Below are positions 35,099-45,121 of a stretch of DNA of 64,000 nt, piece after piece (positions within the stretch are counted from its first letter, which is position 1; each line of letters begins with the position of its first letter). The notes under the pieces were generated by a model. That model was not told the origin of the DNA, ran no database searches, and worked only from the letters and a program-made list of their open reading frames with translations. The translations under genes and the position numbers were made by a program. Origin of the DNA: an uncultured Anaerolineales bacterium (GTDB lineage Bacteria > Chloroflexota > Anaerolineae > Anaerolineales > UBA11858); NCBI GenBank assembly GCA_964453155.1, contig CAYVQU010000004.1, forward strand, positions 1,958 through 65,957. Direction: 5' to 3'.

Positions 35099-36145
35099 TT
35101 AGTGGAAATCTTTTCGCAGAATCTGGATGGCCTCTGCCGGTTCAAAACCCAGTTTTATCGATTCTCCCGCTTTAGGTAGCCGGTTTCCGGTTTGGAATTC
35201 CAGTGTGAGTGCCAATTTCTTTGTGTCAACTTTCACTCGCCACAAACTCCCCCGAAACGACCGCTCGCGGACAATTCCGGTGATTTTTTGACTTCCCTTC
35301 CCAGCAACCGAAAATGCATCGGGACGAATAAGTACTGTAGCATTGTCGTTTTCCTCAGTGTGGTCATCACCAACTCGTAGTCTACCAATCCCAAATTCCA
35401 AAAACCCATTTTGTAGTCGCCCTTTGAAAATATTTTCGAATCCCAAAAAACGAGCCACAAATTCGGATCCAGGTCGGCGATAAATCTCTTGTGGCGAACC
35501 TATTTGGGCGACACCCCCACGCTCCATTATCACGACCTGATCTGCGAGGGCGAAAGCTTCTTCCTGATCATGGGTGACATAGATTGCAGTCTGGTTCATT
35601 TGCCTCAAAATGTCTCGGAGTTCAAATAATAATCTTTCCCGTAAAGTCCGATCCAAAGACCCTAGTGGCTCATCCAGCATCAATAGGCGCGGCTGGGGAG
35701 CCAGTGAGCGCGCCAATGCTACTCGTTGCTGCTCACCACCTGAAAGTGTACTGACTTCGCGAGTCCCATAAGTTGGCAGCCCAACTAACGACAGTGTTTC
35801 CTGAACCTGGGATTCAATTTCTTGCTCGGGCAATTTTTTCATTTCTAGCCCAAAAGCCACATTATCCTTAACATTTTTATGGGGGAACAACATGTAATCT
35901 TGAAACATCAATCCAAATGCCCGGTGATGAACCGGCATTTTTGCCAGCGATTGCCCATTCCAGAAAACATCCCCTCGATCTGGGTTTTCCAAACCTGCAA
36001 TTATGCCCAACAGGGTCGACTTGCCACACCCACTCGGACCTAATAGAGCCACAATCTCCCCCACCGCGACCTCAAAAGAGACCCCTGCTAATGCTTGTGT
36101 ATCTCCAAACGACTTAGAAATATCCGTTACCACTAATCCATTCAT
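35099..36145 (-). CDS. thiQ: ABC transporter ATP-binding protein (thiamine importer ThiQ-like)
   Basis: Walker A GPSGCGKST, signature LSGGEQQRV and Walker B LLMLDEP. The thiamine assignment rests on the operon context behind a TPP riboswitch. Confidence 0.75.
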   Translation of the reverse strand: MNGLVVTDISKSFGDTQALAGVSFEVAVGEIVALLGPSGCGKSTLLGIIAGLENPDRGDVFWNGQSLAKMPVHHRAFGLMFQDYMLFPHKNVKDNVAFGLEMKKLPEQEIESQVQETLSLVGLPTYGTREVSTLSGGEQQRVALARSLAPQPRLLMLDEPLGSLDRTLRERLLFELRDILRQMNQTAIYVTHDQEEAFALADQVVIMERGGVAQIGSPQEIYRRPGSEFVARFLGFENIFKGRLQNGFLEFGIGRLRVGDDHTEENDNATVLIRPDAFSVAGKGSQKITGIVRERSFRGSLWRVKVDTKKLALTLEFQTGNRLPKAGESIKLGFEPAEAIQILRKDFH

Positions 36146-36178
36146 AAGCTACAATCTCTCTGTCACCACTCACTACTA

Positions 36179-37885
36179 TTAAAATTCCCCAACGTCACCA
36201 ATTCGAAAGCGCTCTATCACCAGCATCCCGCTGACTGCGACCCCCATCAAAATCGTTGCCAGAGCCAGGGCTTGACCATAGTTCATCCCTCCGGGACGGG
36301 ATAAATATCGAAAGATAACCACCGGAATAGTTGGATATTCTGGCCGCGAGATTAATGAAGACGCTCCAAACTCACCGATGGAGATTGTAAACGCAAATGT
36401 GGCTGCAACGAAAAAAGCCCGCCCTACCAGGGGGAGATCGATGTGGCGGAGCACTTGTTGGGGAGTGGCTCCTAGCACGGTCGCAGCCTGCCTTAATCGG
36501 GGTTGAATGCTGTGGATCGCGGGCGTGAGACTCCGGACCACAAAAGGAAAAGCTACCAGAGTATGCGCAATCGGCACCAGGAGCGGCGAGGTCCGCAAAT
36601 CAAGGGGGGGCTGGGCGAGGGCGACGATAAACCCTAAACCTAAAGTTACTGCCGAAGTACCCAATGGCAGCATCAGTAGGGGATCAAGGATGCGGTTGAT
36701 GATTGATTGCTGATCGCGCGCCAAAGCCCAAGCTGCTGGGATTCCTAGGACGAGGGCCAAAATCACGGTTGCGGCCGCATACCCTACTGAGATACCGATA
36801 GCCTTAATAGGGGAGACATAAAAGAGTGATTCCTGTCGATTCTCACTCAAGGCCCGATAGAAATCCAAGGTGAACCCGCGTGAAACTTCTCCTTCCCGAT
36901 CCCGGCGCGATTCCAATGAAAAAACGGATTGCGATGCGAGCGCCAATAGGGGGGTAGTTAATAACACCAATAATAACCCAATTAGTATTCCCGCAGATAC
37001 GCGACTCTGCCATGTAATTAGCTGCTTTTGAACCCTTTTTCTAGACCGCAAGTCCAGTGGCCGCGTCAATTTCGTACTCAACCGGGTGTAGAGGATCGTT
37101 AAAATCAATGTGCATCCTAATTGGAGCACAGACAGGATTGCTGCCATCGGCAAATTGAACAAGCTGATGGTCTGGTAATAGATTTCGACCTCCAAGGTGG
37201 CAAATTGGGGGCCACCAAGTACCAGGATCACCCCGAAAGACGAGAAATTGAAGATAAAAACTAGCAAAGCCGCCGCGCTGATTACGGGCATTAGCAACGG
37301 CAGTGTAACTTGACGAATAATTTGCCAGCGATTGGCCCCCAAAGAAGCTGCCGCCGCCCCTAACTGGGGATCTAAATGGGCCCAAAAATTACCCACCATC
37401 CGTAGCACGATGGTCGTGTTGTAGAAAACATGGGCAACCAAGATCGCAGTGAACGAATGGATGAAATCAAGCGGTGGGGCCGCGAGATCGAACCACTCGA
37501 TCAACAGGATATTGATCCACCCTTTCGGGCCCAATAGGGCATTAAAACCGGCTGCAACAACCAGGGTTGGCATCACAAAGGGCACCCCTGTGATTGCTCG
37601 GAGCAGTTCTTTGCCGCGAAAATCATATCGGGCCAATAAGTATGCCCCTGGCAGCCCAAAAATAAGTGTCAGGATGGTCGAGCAGAATGCCTGCCATATT
37701 GTAAATCCCAATACTTTTTGAACAGAAGAATTGGAAAGTGCGGCTAGAAATGCGAGCCAGGCCCCTTCATCTCCACGCCCAAAGCTGAGTTTTAGAATAC
37801 TCCCTAGCGGATAAAAATAAAATATCGCCAAGAAGGCCAGTGGCATACTCCACAACAGGAGCTTCGGTAAACTTTTTCGAACCAT
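36179..37885 (-). CDS. thiP: ABC transporter permease with two tandem transmembrane domains (ThiP-like)
   Basis: 568 aa after trimming to MVRKSLPKLLLW. It has a duplicated ABC type-1 permease architecture, like the ThiP/Fe3+ importer permeases. Confidence 0.75.
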   Translation of the reverse strand: MVRKSLPKLLLWSMPLAFLAIFYFYPLGSILKLSFGRGDEGAWLAFLAALSNSSVQKVLGFTIWQAFCSTILTLIFGLPGAYLLARYDFRGKELLRAITGVPFVMPTLVVAAGFNALLGPKGWINILLIEWFDLAAPPLDFIHSFTAILVAHVFYNTTIVLRMVGNFWAHLDPQLGAAAASLGANRWQIIRQVTLPLLMPVISAAALLVFIFNFSSFGVILVLGGPQFATLEVEIYYQTISLFNLPMAAILSVLQLGCTLILTILYTRLSTKLTRPLDLRSRKRVQKQLITWQSRVSAGILIGLLLVLLTTPLLALASQSVFSLESRRDREGEVSRGFTLDFYRALSENRQESLFYVSPIKAIGISVGYAAATVILALVLGIPAAWALARDQQSIINRILDPLLMLPLGTSAVTLGLGFIVALAQPPLDLRTSPLLVPIAHTLVAFPFVVRSLTPAIHSIQPRLRQAATVLGATPQQVLRHIDLPLVGRAFFVAATFAFTISIGEFGASSLISRPEYPTIPVVIFRYLSRPGGMNYGQALALATILMGVAVSGMLVIERFRIGDVGEF

Positions 37886-37946
37886 TAAAATAACGGCTGG
37901 TAAGGAGTAGAAAGTGGAAAGAATTTCAAATTCAACCCACTTCCCA

Positions 37947-39011
37947 CTATCGCAGTACTGTCTCCGTCCACTCGTTGATCCACTGTTCTCGCTTAGCGGC
38001 GATCTCGGCAGGATCAAGACTGGCCGGAGCCTCTGGCACAGCTAAGTACTGGACGAAGGTTTCATCGAGTTGGGCATTTTCATTGACCGGGAAGACATAC
38101 ATTTGCAAGGGGATGTCTTCTTGGAAGGTGGGGGAGAGCATGAAGTCGACGAACTTTTCCGCGAGATCGCGATTCTCTGTCCCGGCTAGAATTCCAACGA
38201 ATTCAATCTGGCGGAAACAGCTACCAGTACCGATAACAGCCGCGGTCGGGGGTTCATCCATCTCTGCTTCAGCGAAAATGACCTCGAACGGCGGGCTAGA
38301 ACCATAGGATACGACTATGGGCCGCGGGCCGCCCCAGCGGGAGAATTCAGTATAGTAGGCGGTTTCCCAGTCGTTTACAACTTTGACATCATTTTCGACC
38401 AGGGCTTGCCAAAAATCTAAATAGCTGGATTCCCCAAAATGTCCAATCGTGGCAAATAAAAATGCCAACCCCGGAGAGGAGGTAGCCGGGTTTTCGACCA
38501 CCAGTAAACCGGCATATTCCGGTTCTAGTAGGTCATCAAGACTATTAGGGGGAGCCAGATTGTTATCCGCAAAGAAGTTAACATCATAATTTAGGCAGAC
38601 ATCCCCAAAATCTACAGGCAATGCCCGAAATTTGGAATCCAATTCAAAATGATCGGGGATATCCTTCAAGAGCGGAGATTCATAAACTTCAAAGATACCT
38701 TCCTCTAAGGCCCGGCTCAAAAAGGTGTTATCTACTCCATAGAACACATCGGCCAGCGGGGCACCCTTTGACAACGCGGCTTTGTTGACAGCCGTCCCCG
38801 TGTCGCCGGCTGCAATGAATTGAACCTCAACCTTATATTTATCTTGAAATGCCTGGATTACACTTTCAGATACTGCAAATGAATCATGGGTCATCACCGT
38901 CAGGCTCCGGGGCTCTTCAGGGGGCACCGGAGTTTCCTCATCAGCACATGCTGTCAGCAATACCAGGAGGGATAATACGAAATACAAGAAAATTTGAACT
39001 TTTTTCATCAT
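37947..39011 (-). CDS. thiB: ABC transporter substrate-binding lipoprotein (thiamine-binding ThiB/TbpA-like)
   Basis: The start is trimmed to MMKKVQIFLYFVLSLLVLLTAC (lipobox, AGAGG SD). It is a family-1 solute-binding protein in a riboswitch-controlled operon. Confidence 0.75.
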   Translation of the reverse strand: MMKKVQIFLYFVLSLLVLLTACADEETPVPPEEPRSLTVMTHDSFAVSESVIQAFQDKYKVEVQFIAAGDTGTAVNKAALSKGAPLADVFYGVDNTFLSRALEEGIFEVYESPLLKDIPDHFELDSKFRALPVDFGDVCLNYDVNFFADNNLAPPNSLDDLLEPEYAGLLVVENPATSSPGLAFLFATIGHFGESSYLDFWQALVENDVKVVNDWETAYYTEFSRWGGPRPIVVSYGSSPPFEVIFAEAEMDEPPTAAVIGTGSCFRQIEFVGILAGTENRDLAEKFVDFMLSPTFQEDIPLQMYVFPVNENAQLDETFVQYLAVPEAPASLDPAEIAAKREQWINEWTETVLR

Positions 39012-39074
39012 AACCTCTAGCAATATTGAACTAACCAATCATCAAACATTCCAACAAACGAACCAACCAACAAA

Positions 39075-39707
39075 TTATTTCCCCATCATTACCACCAAGG
39101 CCACACCCTCCAGCAACTCGATCCTGGCCTTTTCCCCACTCATCCGATTACTCACTCCGCGTGGGCTGCCAAAGTTTAATTCTGCATTTTCTAACGGCCA
39201 GGTCAAACCCGAGTAGGAAAGACCTGAAACTTGGGAGGTAAGCGGGATGACCGAAACGGAATCTCCAGGATTACCCTTGATTTCTAATGCTGCTTTGCCT
39301 CGTAAGATGAATATTTCATCGTCACCAGCAATTACCTTGAATTTAATCCCGGCATAGCGGGGTGCGGCGAGCAACAATATATTTGCGAAACTCATATCCC
39401 AACGACCGCCGAGTAGCCCGTGTAATGTGATTTCTGTCGCGCCCAATTTTTGGGCGTGATTGAGAGCAAGTTCAAGATCGGTTTCATCTTTTTCAGTTGG
39501 ATGGGTGATCAACTGACACCCTCTCATTTCGAGCGTGGTACGTACCGCGGTGGTCAAAGAATCAAAGTCACCGATGACAATCTGTGGGATGAGACCCAAC
39601 TCGAGGGCATGCCGGGCGCCCCCGTCCGCGGCAATGATGGTGGTCTCAGGAGATAGTTTTATCTCTGGTTGGCTTAAATCGCCATTGGCGAAAATCGTCA
39701 CATGCAT
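39075..39707 (-). CDS. thiN: Thiamine pyrophosphokinase
   Basis: 'IIAADGGARHALELGLIPQIVIGDFDSL' TPK motif. The start is trimmed to MHVTIFANGD (ATG 39707) because the longer ORF would read through the riboswitch. Confidence 0.85.
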   Translation of the reverse strand: MHVTIFANGDLSQPEIKLSPETTIIAADGGARHALELGLIPQIVIGDFDSLTTAVRTTLEMRGCQLITHPTEKDETDLELALNHAQKLGATEITLHGLLGGRWDMSFANILLLAAPRYAGIKFKVIAGDDEIFILRGKAALEIKGNPGDSVSVIPLTSQVSGLSYSGLTWPLENAELNFGSPRGVSNRMSGEKARIELLEGVALVVMMGK

Positions 39708-39845
39708 AAAAAAATCCCTCCGGTGGGGGAGGGATTGAGTAGATGATTTGAGCGTTTCCTCCGCCGGCATTATCCGGATCAGGTTCGCGGGTCGAGTGTT
39801 GTTATGGCACTCCTCTCAGCCTGACCATTCCAGGCTCCCCGTGCT
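39708..39845 (-). promoter_or_regulatory. TPP (THI-box) riboswitch with a terminator/SD-sequestering expression platform
   Basis: The minus-strand RNA reads GGGGAGCCUGGAAUGGUCAGGCUGAGAGGAGUGCC...ACCCGCGAACCUGAUCCGGAUAAUGCCGGCGGAGGAA (about 39757-39842). Next comes the hairpin AAUCCCUCC/GGAGGGAUU (39713-39736), then U7 and the AUG. Confidence 0.92.
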
Positions 39846-39865
39846 GTTTATTTGGTTGTGCGCCG

Positions 39866-39894
39866 AGTATAACGACCGGTGGCGGGTCTGTCAA
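39866..39894 (-). promoter_or_regulatory. Sigma70-type promoter of the thiamine operon
   Basis: On the minus strand: TTGACA (39894-39889), a 17-nt spacer, then TATACT (39871-39866). The -35 box overlaps the ribF stop codon. Confidence 0.65.
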
Positions 39895-40814
39895 GCTGCC
39901 AGGATATTTCGGGCTATCTCCGAGTCGTTTTGGATTTGAGCAATCAACTCATCAACGGTTGAGAAGCGTTGTTCGGCTCGGAGCCGGGCGACAAACTCCA
40001 ACTCGATCGTCTGGCCGTAAATATCGGCTGAAAAATCAAAAATGTGGGCTTCGACTCGGGGTGGGACAGGTTTGGATTCAAATGTGGGGCGGACACCGAT
40101 ATTCGTCACAGCACCATATGTTTTCCCTAGAATTTTCGTCCGACAGGCATAAACCCCGGCCGTTGGAATGATTTTTTCAGCCCAAACGGACAAATTTGCA
40201 GTAGGGAAACCGATCGTTCGGCCGCGTTGATCACCAAATTCCACCAGTCCTTGGACGGTGTAGTTTCGCCCCATCAGCTCAGCTGCTTCTTCCACCTGCC
40301 CTACTCCTAAAAGGAACCGAATCCGGCTGGAAGATATTATGCCGCTGTCATCTTCAATCGGGGGTGTTTGTACAACAGTGAACCCTAAAGCCGTGCCAAT
40401 TTCCTTGAGTTTGGTGAAATTCCCTTTGCGGTTTTTACCCAAAGCAAAATCATACCCAACTTGTAAATGTTGAATGTTCAGGTGTTCGTGCAAATTTCCA
40501 ACAAATTTCCGGGCAGAAGTATTGGCTACTTGGCGGTTGAACGGATGGGTAATGACGGTATCAACACCTAAATTTCCTAAAATCGCGGCTTTCTCATCTG
40601 CTGAAGTCAGATAATACGGGAAATTTTGCCCCCTCAAAATTGCGGCTGGGTGAGGAAAGAACGTAAGCACAACGGCCGGTAAACCCGCAGAGCGAGCTCC
40701 GGCCGTTAATGTGTGAATGATTTCTTGATGCCCCCGATGAACCCCATCAAATGAGCCAATTGTAAGCCAGACATCCTGGTGTTGGATGTCCTCCAAAGCG
40801 TGAAAATGTTGCAT
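39891..40814 (-). CDS. ribF: Bifunctional riboflavin kinase / FMN adenylyltransferase
   Basis: 'IGSFDGVHRGHQ' FAD synthetase motif and the C-terminal 'IGFPTANL' riboflavin kinase motif. Confidence 0.92.
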   Translation of the reverse strand: MQHFHALEDIQHQDVWLTIGSFDGVHRGHQEIIHTLTAGARSAGLPAVVLTFFPHPAAILRGQNFPYYLTSADEKAAILGNLGVDTVITHPFNRQVANTSARKFVGNLHEHLNIQHLQVGYDFALGKNRKGNFTKLKEIGTALGFTVVQTPPIEDDSGIISSSRIRFLLGVGQVEEAAELMGRNYTVQGLVEFGDQRGRTIGFPTANLSVWAEKIIPTAGVYACRTKILGKTYGAVTNIGVRPTFESKPVPPRVEAHIFDFSADIYGQTIELEFVARLRAEQRFSTVDELIAQIQNDSEIARNILAA

Positions 40815-40841
40815 TCGATGATTTACTGCCCGTAGGCGTAA

Positions 40842-41798
40842 CTACGATTGGAAGAAAACCTTTTTAGGTTGCCACTCGTCATCTTCTTCGACATACCGCA
40901 TTACGGCAACCAGGTCGCCTTGTTCGGTGATGGCGCGCACCAGACCCAGTTGTTCTTCTTCGGCATACGGGTGGTTAGCAGGATCGACCAACTCTTTGGC
41001 GTTTTCTCCCGCCGGGATGCGGTGCCCGTGGCGAACTTTCTCAACCAGATCGTGGTTGAGTTCGATCCCGGGCCAATCAGCCAAAGCCTCAGCCGCGGGG
41101 ATCAAGTAGCGATACCACTCACCAGCCAGGAAGGCGTCTTGCAGTTGGCGCAACGGAACCGCATCGCGTAAAGTAAAGCGACCGCTCTTGGTCCGGCGGA
41201 GACCGATCAGGTAAGCCCCGGTCCCTAAATCATCGCCCAAATCGTTAGCGAGGGAACGGACATAGGTGCCCGATGAGCAGTAGACATCGAGAACAGCTTC
41301 AGGGGGCGCCCATTCAAGTACGTCTAATTTGTAGACATTAATTTTTCGGGGTTTGAGTTCAACTTTCTCGCCTTTACGGGCATGTTCATAGGCCTTGCGA
41401 CCTTTGACTTTGACCGCGGAGTAGGGTGGCGGTACTTGCTCGATCTCGCCCTCATAATTCTTGATGATATCTTCGAACTGGGTTTCAGTAATATCTGCGA
41501 TATTGGCTGATCGAACAACCCGGCCTTCAGCATCGTAAGTGTCGGTGGAGGTCCCAAGGCGAACTGTGGCCTGATAGCGTTTATCAGCGGCCGATACAAA
41601 TTCGCTCAAACGAACAGCAGGGCCAATCAAAACAACTAATACACCAGAAGCTCGCGGGTCTAAAGTACCAGTATGTCCGGCCCGGCGGATACCTGTTCCG
41701 CGCCGGATAATCTGAACTACATCATGAGAGGTTAATCCAACGGGTTTGTCAATTACCAAGACACCCGAAACAACATTTTTGAGGTGGTTTTGATCCAT
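40842..41798 (-). CDS. truB: tRNA pseudouridine(55) synthase
   Basis: 'VLVIDKPVGLTSHDVV' and 'GHTGTLDPRASG'. The start is chosen at Met15 (GGGGAG SD 8 nt upstream), but ATG 41840 is also possible. Confidence 0.88.
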   Translation of the reverse strand: MDQNHLKNVVSGVLVIDKPVGLTSHDVVQIIRRGTGIRRAGHTGTLDPRASGVLVVLIGPAVRLSEFVSAADKRYQATVRLGTSTDTYDAEGRVVRSANIADITETQFEDIIKNYEGEIEQVPPPYSAVKVKGRKAYEHARKGEKVELKPRKINVYKLDVLEWAPPEAVLDVYCSSGTYVRSLANDLGDDLGTGAYLIGLRRTKSGRFTLRDAVPLRQLQDAFLAGEWYRYLIPAAEALADWPGIELNHDLVEKVRHGHRIPAGENAKELVDPANHPYAEEEQLGLVRAITEQGDLVAVMRYVEEDDEWQPKKVFFQS

Positions 41799-41895
41799 AT
41801 TTTGATCTCCCCGGCGATTATTTGATTGATATCTATTCATATTTTACCCTAACAATTCTCCTGAATATTTCTATGTCAGAATTCTTACGTACTTT

Positions 41896-42855
41896 CTAAT
41901 GTTTATTTCGCAAATAATGGCGGGTTGCGTCTAAAACTTGGAGTTGAACATCTTCAAGCTCACCTTCAATTTCTGCCCCAGAAGCTGGTTTATGGCCGCC
42001 ACCGCCAAAACTGAAGGCAATTTTAGACACATCGTAGCCAGAGTGGGAGCGCCAGCTGATTTTGACGGTGCCATTGGCTTGTTCAACAAATATTAAAGCA
42101 ATATCGACTTCCCGAATGGAAGACATGACGTTAATTAGGTCAGCATCATCACGTCCAGGGTAGCCAATTTTTTTCCGGTCTTCGAGGGTGAGTACTGTCC
42201 ATAAAAGACCATCTTCGAGATTAAGATTGTTGATTCCCGCGCCCCAATAGCGGACAGATTTATACGTCCGATTGAGTAAAGCTTTTTGATAAAGGTCCGG
42301 GAGTTTACACCCCATTTCCATCAATTCGGCAGCCACCCGCAGGGTGTTCGGAGTCATATTATTGGTTCGAAATCCGAGGGTGTCGGTAATAACCCCAGTC
42401 AGGAGGGCCTCAGCTGATTCTGGGGTTATGGTGAAGCCTAATGCGGGGATCAATCCGACCAAAATTTCTGCGGTTGCAGGTGTTTGAGGGTAAACCAGGT
42501 TGATTTCACCGTAATTAAGGTTTGTAATGTGGTGGTCAATATTGATCGTGGGAACTTCATCACTTTGAAACACATTCCCCACTCGTTCGAGATCAGAACA
42601 ATCGAGAACAATACTGATTTCGAAATCACTTTCCGATTTTCTTTTTACCCGCTCGCTGCCCACCAGATGGTGGAAGGAACTTGGAACGCCATCCTGCAGC
42701 ACCATTTGGACTTCTTTGCCAGCGTGCTCTAAAGCTAGCCCCAACCCTAATAGCGATCCGACCGCGTCACCATCAGGGCGCTGATGGGAAGTAATGATTA
42801 TTTTCTGGTATTCTGAGAGGACCCTTTGGGCCGCATGGATCAGGCTTGCTTTCAT
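41896..42855 (-). CDS. nrnA: DHH/DHHA1 phosphoesterase (NrnA-like nanoRNase/pAp phosphatase)
   Basis: Motifs HQRPDGDAVGS, NIDHHITN and GGGGHKPASGA. Confidence 0.85.
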   Translation of the reverse strand: MKASLIHAAQRVLSEYQKIIITSHQRPDGDAVGSLLGLGLALEHAGKEVQMVLQDGVPSSFHHLVGSERVKRKSESDFEISIVLDCSDLERVGNVFQSDEVPTINIDHHITNLNYGEINLVYPQTPATAEILVGLIPALGFTITPESAEALLTGVITDTLGFRTNNMTPNTLRVAAELMEMGCKLPDLYQKALLNRTYKSVRYWGAGINNLNLEDGLLWTVLTLEDRKKIGYPGRDDADLINVMSSIREVDIALIFVEQANGTVKISWRSHSGYDVSKIAFSFGGGGHKPASGAEIEGELEDVQLQVLDATRHYLRNKH

Positions 42856-42857
42856 GA

Positions 42858-43238
42858 TCAGGTTTGATCCTCAGGTGGGGGAGTGCGGTCACTGCCATCT
42901 TCAAGTGAATCCAACAACTTATCGATGTAATCGGCCTGTTCGGGATGGGCGTCCCAATAAAACCGTAAGCGCGGAAAATGACGCAACTGGATTCGTTGCG
43001 CTAACTCACGCCGTAGAAACCCACTGGCATGATCTAAACCCGCTAATATTTCCTCTGAGGCTGCAATACCTTCCAAGGATGAAACATAGATGTTAGCAAA
43101 GGCTAATTCGCGATCCACCCGCACCTCGGTAATCGAAACGGCATTGAGACGCGGATCAGAAACTTCCATGAGCAAGATCGTCGAAAGCTCCTCAAAAATT
43201 CGGTCTCCAATTCGTTCAGCCCGCATTTTCGAAACCAT
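42858..43238 (-). CDS. rbfA: Ribosome-binding factor A
   Basis: 'RAERIGDRIFEELSTIL...DPRL..VSITEVRVDRELAFANIYVS' pattern, positioned after infB. Confidence 0.9.
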   Translation of the reverse strand: MVSKMRAERIGDRIFEELSTILLMEVSDPRLNAVSITEVRVDRELAFANIYVSSLEGIAASEEILAGLDHASGFLRRELAQRIQLRHFPRLRFYWDAHPEQADYIDKLLDSLEDGSDRTPPPEDQT

Positions 43239-43327
43239 GTTTTACTCCCAAATTTCCCCTAAATGTGTTACCGTAATTCTCTTTCTTTCCAGCGCCATCC
43301 CGGGAAGAATGGAACTGGAAAGCATTA

Positions 43328-45121
43328 TTATATTATCTCTACTGTTTCAACAACGAAGCATTCCAGGAAGTCGCCTTCTTCAAAGCTGTTGAAGTTGCGT
43401 ACGCCGACCCCGCATTCAAAGCCCTGCCGAACCTCACGCACATCTTCTTGATGGCGTTTGAGTGAAGCCACATCGCCTTCAAAGATCGCTTCTTTTTTGC
43501 GTACTACCCGCATCTGACCATTTCGGCGGAGTTCGCCCTCAATTACGCGGCAGCCAGCCACCTGTCCGAGCCGGGAAGCCTTGAAAACGGCCAATACTTC
43601 CGCGCGCCCCACAACAACCTGACGTTCTTCCGGTTCGAGCAGACCTTTGAGGGCCTTCTCAATATCCTCAGTCAGCCGGTAAATGATGTTGTAAGTGCGG
43701 ATCGAAATTCCTTCATTATCAGCCATTCGCTGGGCGGGCCCATCGGCATTGACATTGAAACCGACAACTACTGCGGCAGAAGCGGAGGCCAACATGATGT
43801 CGCTTTCGCTGATATTGCCGGTATCGGCATGCAAAATGTTGACGCCAATTTCGCCTACGCCCAGTTCTTCAACTGATGAAATGATCGGTTCCAGCGAGCC
43901 CTGGACATCGGCTTTGATGACCAGTCGTAATTCTTTGGTCTCGCCTGATTGGAACCGCTCGAAGATTTGCTCAAGGGTGATGGCCTTTTTCTTAGCCATT
44001 TCTTGTTGCTCAGACTCGATCAATCGTTCTTTAATGATGTCGCGGGCATCTCTTTCTTTCTTGACGATCGTAAATAAATCACCTGCGGCCGGAACTTCAT
44101 TCAAGCCCATCACCGATACTGGCATCGCCGGTCCCGCGGCCTTAGTGGGGCGGCGGCGATGATCGAACATGCCTTTAACTTTGCCGTAGGAAGTTCCCGC
44201 AATGACCACGTTGCCAGTTTTAAGGGTTCCGTTTTGGACGAGAAGGGTGGTCATTACACCCCGACCACGCTCAATTTTAGCCTCGATAACCGTGCCAAAA
44301 ACCTGTCCTTTGGGGTTCGCTAAAATTTCCATATCGCCAGCAATCAACAGAATGGCCTCGAGAAGATCATCTAAACCTTCTTTATTGATCGCAGATAAGG
44401 GCACAATGATCGTATCGCCGTCCCATTCGTCGGGAACCAGGCCGATTTCAGCGAGTTGTTGCTTGACTCGCTCGGGATCGGCATTATTCCGGTCCATTTT
44501 ATTCATGGCCACAATCATCGGTACCTGGGCGGCTTTGCAGTGGGCAATGGCTTCCTTGGTTTGAGGCATCACTCCATCGTCAGCGGCGACCACCAAGACA
44601 ACAATGTCGGCTCCCTGAGCCCCGCGGGCCCGCATGGCGGAAAAAGCCGCGTGGCCGGGGGTGTCAAGAAACGTAATGGTCTGGTTGTCTTTTTGGACCT
44701 GGTAGGCACCAATGTGCTGGGTAATACCACCAGCTTCGCCAGCTTGTACGTTGGTTTCACGAATGGCGTCCAAAAGAGTGGTCTTGCCATGATCAACATG
44801 ACCCAAAATCGTGATAACTGGCGGCCGGGAAACCAGATCAGCGGTTCGTTCACGGGCGATTAGTTGACGCCACAGCGGAATTTCCCCATCATCTTCGGGG
44901 GCGAGGGTGTCATATGTTTTGAGGATAACCTCGTAGCCAAACTCCGAAGCCACAATGGAGGCGGTATCAAAGTCAATCTGCTGATTGATATTTGCCATGA
45001 CACCATTGGCCATCAAATTCTTGATGACGTCAATGGGGCTGGCCTTTAATTCTTCTGAGAGTTCACGAACTGTGATGCTGCCAGTTAATTCGATGCTTTT
45101 TGTATTTCCGTTATCACTCAT
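43328..45121 (-). CDS. infB: Translation initiation factor IF-2 (short N-terminus form)
   Basis: G-domain motifs GHVDHGKTTLLD, DTPGH and NKMD, with conserved C-terminal domains. Confidence 0.95.
   Translation of the reverse strand: MSDNGNTKSIELTGSITVRELSEELKASPIDVIKNLMANGVMANINQQIDFDTASIVASEFGYEVILKTYDTLAPEDDGEIPLWRQLIARERTADLVSRPPVITILGHVDHGKTTLLDAIRETNVQAGEAGGITQHIGAYQVQKDNQTITFLDTPGHAAFSAMRARGAQGADIVVLVVAADDGVMPQTKEAIAHCKAAQVPMIVAMNKMDRNNADPERVKQQLAEIGLVPDEWDGDTIIVPLSAINKEGLDDLLEAILLIAGDMEILANPKGQVFGTVIEAKIERGRGVMTTLLVQNGTLKTGNVVIAGTSYGKVKGMFDHRRRPTKAAGPAMPVSVMGLNEVPAAGDLFTIVKKERDARDIIKERLIESEQQEMAKKKAITLEQIFERFQSGETKELRLVIKADVQGSLEPIISSVEELGVGEIGVNILHADTGNISESDIMLASASAAVVVGFNVNADGPAQRMADNEGISIRTYNIIYRLTEDIEKALKGLLEPEERQVVVGRAEVLAVFKASRLGQVAGCRVIEGELRRNGQMRVVRKKEAIFEGDVASLKRHQEDVREVRQGFECGVGVRNFNSFEEGDFLECFVVETVEII

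Noticed and set aside
39708-39770. N-terminal 21-codon extension of the thiamine pyrophosphokinase ORF
   Set aside because: It would be translated from inside the TPP riboswitch aptamer and terminator. The internal ATG at 39707 follows a GGAGGGA SD and begins the conserved TPK sequence.
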